This document shows positions 61,494-64,000 of a DNA stretch of 64,000 bases, in pieces. Below the pieces are notes generated by a model that saw only the letters and a list, made by a program, of their open reading frames with translations, had not been told where the DNA came from and searched no databases. The first letter of the stretch is position 1; each line of letters starts with the position of its first letter. The position numbers and the translations under genes were made by a program. Source of the stretch: an uncultured Chloroflexia bacterium (GTDB lineage: Bacteria > Chloroflexota > Anaerolineae > CG2-30-64-16); NCBI GenBank assembly GCA_963810095.1, contig CAWEMM010000002.1, forward strand, positions 128,001 to 192,000. The letters run 5' to 3'.

Positions 61494-62399
61494 ATGCTAG
61501 CCGACATCTTCGGCACGGTGCTGCTGCCCATCGTGCTGATCGTGAGTGTGGGCTTCGCTTTGGGCAGGGTGACGCGTGTCGACAGCCGGCCGTTGGCGCT
61601 GGCGGTCTTCTATCTCTTCAACCCGTGCCTGGTGTTCGTGTCGATGGCGGCCACACCGGTTGCCGCAGCTTTGCTGGGCAAGCTCGCGTTGCTGAAGATC
61701 CTGGTCATCGTCTCGCTGATCGTCCTGGCGAACGTTGCGGCCGCCGCCCTCAAGCTCTCGCCCGTGCTTCGCAGCGCGTTTATCCTGGCGGTTGCCTTTT
61801 CAAACAGCGGCAATTTCGGCCTTTCGGTCACCGAGTTCGCGTTTGGACAGGCGGGGCTGACGTTGGCGCTGGTTTGCTTCATGATAGACAACCTGGCGGT
61901 CAACTCGGTGGGCGTCTACTATGCCGCCCGCGGCCGGGCGAGCCCACGCCGTGCCCTGCTCCAGGTGGCCGGAAACCCGGCACTGTATGCGCTGGCGCTG
62001 GGACTCCTCGTGCACGAGACCGGGTGGCAGGTGCCGCTTGCCATCAGCCGCGCCGCCGAAACCCTGGGCCGGGCGGCCGTCCCGACGATGCAGACCGTGC
62101 TGGGCATTCAGTTAGCGACCTTGACCTTTACGCGGCAGCACAGCAAGGCTATCGGCTGGGCGAGCTTTCTGAGCGTGATTGTGGCGCCGTTGCTTGCTGC
62201 GCTGTGGGTCATTCCCTTGGGAATCACCGGGCTCGCACGGCAAGTCGGCATCCTGGAATCCGCCGTCCCGACCGCGGTCAGTGCGTCGATCGTGGCGACG
62301 CGGTACGACAGCGAGCCCGCCCTTGTTTCCGGCACCGTGCTGGTGACATCTCTGCTCAGCCTGGTTACGATCACGCTGGCTCTCTATTGGATGCGATAA
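61494..62399 (+). CDS. AEC (auxin efflux carrier) family transporter
   Basis: YLFNPCLVF, FSNSGNFGL, ESAVPTAV; about 10 TMs. Confidence 0.9.
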   Translation: MLADIFGTVLLPIVLIVSVGFALGRVTRVDSRPLALAVFYLFNPCLVFVSMAATPVAAALLGKLALLKILVIVSLIVLANVAAAALKLSPVLRSAFILAVAFSNSGNFGLSVTEFAFGQAGLTLALVCFMIDNLAVNSVGVYYAARGRASPRRALLQVAGNPALYALALGLLVHETGWQVPLAISRAAETLGRAAVPTMQTVLGIQLATLTFTRQHSKAIGWASFLSVIVAPLLAALWVIPLGITGLARQVGILESAVPTAVSASIVATRYDSEPALVSGTVLVTSLLSLVTITLALYWMR

Positions 62400-62956
62400 T
62401 GAGCGCCTCAAAGAAATCAAAACCTTCCGCGGCGGACGATGCGCAGCGGGCCGAGCGCGTCCAGCGGTTGCTGGCCGAAGGTGCGCAGCTGCTGTCTCAG
62501 CACCGCCCCGGCGAAGCGATCCCGCCGCTCACGAAGGTGCTCGAGCTCGACCCGGAGAACGCCGCGGCGGCCATCAACCTGGGGGGCGCGTACATTCTCC
62601 AGGGGAAGCACAAACAAGCCGTGCCCGTCCTCGAGCGGGCCGCTCGGCTGGAGCCCGACAACGCGATGGTCTGGATGAACCTTGCGGCTGCCTACCTGGG
62701 CAAGCTGCCGTTCGCCACCCCCCAGATGCAGGACCGCGCCATCGACGCATTCAGACATGCGTTGGCGCTTGACCCGCGCGCGCCGCACGTGAACTACAAC
62801 CTGGGCTTGATTTACATCGAACGGAATGACGTCGAGCAGGCCGCGCTGCACTTCTACGCTGCGCTCGAGACGGATCCGAACGACCGGGATGCGGAGACCT
62901 GGCTCGACCGGATCCGGCGCGGGGAGCTCAAAAAAGATGAGCCCCCGGAGAACTGA
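62399..62956 (+). CDS. Tetratricopeptide repeat protein
   Basis: LELDPENAAAAINLGGAY, LEPDNAMVWMNLAAAY, LDPRAPHVNYNLGLIY; TAATG overlap with the AEC gene stop. Confidence 0.9.
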   Translation: MSASKKSKPSAADDAQRAERVQRLLAEGAQLLSQHRPGEAIPPLTKVLELDPENAAAAINLGGAYILQGKHKQAVPVLERAARLEPDNAMVWMNLAAAYLGKLPFATPQMQDRAIDAFRHALALDPRAPHVNYNLGLIYIERNDVEQAALHFYAALETDPNDRDAETWLDRIRRGELKKDEPPEN

Positions 62957-62974
62957 AGGAGACCGCAGGATTCC

Positions 62975-64000
62975 ATGATCAATTGGCGTCAGAACCCGGC
63001 GCGCGTCGCCTGGCTCGTGCTCCTGACAAGCTTCTTTGCGTGCGTTTTCCTTGCCGTGGCAGTTCCCGTCGGCGTACGAGCCGTGCTGCTGCACTCGAGC
63101 CGGACCCGTCACGCCTTCCTGGAAGCTTCGCAGGGCACCGCGCAGTTGTGGGCGCCGAACAGCAGCGACCCTTCGGCCGTTACCGAGCAGCGCCCCGTTG
63201 TCGAGGGCAGCCGGGTTGCAACTGACGGCGTGACGAAGGCGGTCATGACGCTCTCCACCGACGAGCAGGGCCAGGAGAGCCTGGCGACCATCCAGCTCTC
63301 TGCCAATACGCGACTTAAGCTGGACGAAGCACGCAGCCCCCGCTTCGATATGAGTCCTGACCCCCACTTCGCGCAGCTCGACTTCAGCGACGGCCGGTTG
63401 TTCCTGACCATCCAGCAGGCGGATGCACGGGATGTGCGGATTCAGGTCAACACGCCGACGGGGTCCATCGATCTTGGCCCGGGCGGTTACGACATGACCG
63501 CGAACGACCGGGAGACGCGGGTACGTGTCCGCTCGGGTGCGGCCCGGGTGACCGGCGAGGGCAAGACGGTCGAAGCAAACGCGGGCCAGCGCGTGAACCT
63601 TTTGGCGGGCCGGCCCCCCGAATTCCCCGTTTCAGAGACGGTCAACCTCATCGTGAACGGCAGCTTCGAGAAGCAGCTGGCGCCGCTATGGCAAGAGTCC
63701 GCCGAAGTAAAACCGGGGTATACGCCCGGCGAGGTAGAACTGGTGCAAGATGACCGCCGGAGTGCCGTTCGCTTTAGCCGGCGGGCCGAGGAGGACGTGC
63801 CGAACCGGGTGCTGATCACCCAGGCGGTCAACCGTGACGTGGAGGGGTACGACAACCTCGCCCTGCGGCTCGATCTGAAGACGCTGTACCAGAGCGTGCC
63901 TGGCGGCGGCGAGAAGGACAGCGAGTATCCTGTGATGGTCGACCTGAACTACACCGACATCTACGGGAAGGACCTTCATTGGTACGCCGGCTTCTACAAC
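62975..64000 (+). CDS. FecR-like domain membrane protein (partial, runs off the window)
   Basis: Open frame from ATG 62975 (MINWRQNPARVAWLVLLTSFF...; absent from the ORF track because it has no stop); TM, then VVEGSRVATD..IQLSANTRLKL..LDFSDGRL..VNTPTG..VRVRSGAARV..AGQRV. Confidence 0.75.
   Translation, partial: MINWRQNPARVAWLVLLTSFFACVFLAVAVPVGVRAVLLHSSRTRHAFLEASQGTAQLWAPNSSDPSAVTEQRPVVEGSRVATDGVTKAVMTLSTDEQGQESLATIQLSANTRLKLDEARSPRFDMSPDPHFAQLDFSDGRLFLTIQQADARDVRIQVNTPTGSIDLGPGGYDMTANDRETRVRVRSGAARVTGEGKTVEANAGQRVNLLAGRPPEFPVSETVNLIVNGSFEKQLAPLWQESAEVKPGYTPGEVELVQDDRRSAVRFSRRAEEDVPNRVLITQAVNRDVEGYDNLALRLDLKTLYQSVPGGGEKDSEYPVMVDLNYTDIYGKDLHWYAGFYN

Overview
High-GC bacterial chromosomal window. 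Gene content and style (Pro/Thr-rich secreted proteins, a C-terminal YLPLV motif, IPK plus AcnX small subunit, a 7TM-HTH protein) point to a Chloroflexota/Anaerolineae-like organism; this taxon call is inference. It is mostly core and housekeeping DNA: tRNA-Arg(CCG), tRNA-Val(TAC), argS, polA, dnaE, ftsK, selA, dapB, rseP, a MoxR/vWA pair, a beta-CASP nuclease, two bactofilins, a maltodextrin-type ABC cluster with a GH13 enzyme, GH31 plus maltokinase, and many secreted or membrane proteins. About 18 genes, including essential ones, are split by single-base frameshifts, most likely uncorrected long-read indel errors, so gene bounds were reconstructed across frames. No CRISPR array, prophage, integrase or transposase was found, and I cannot demonstrate a new biological system from sequence alone. 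The best leads are: (1) several families of non-coding palindromic repeats, including a 3 x ~170-bp tandem hairpin array with an inverted homolog 34 kb away; (2) two candidate structured RNAs, one upstream of tRNA-Arg and one in the dnaE leader; (3) a leaderless GNAT / kinase-less 7TM-HTH / short S1-paralog unit; (4) an archaeal-type mevalonate module (AcnX small subunit + isopentenyl phosphate kinase) between selA and rseP; (5) a GT-C/PMT-like glycosyltransferase fused to a beta-propeller inside the sugar ABC cluster.
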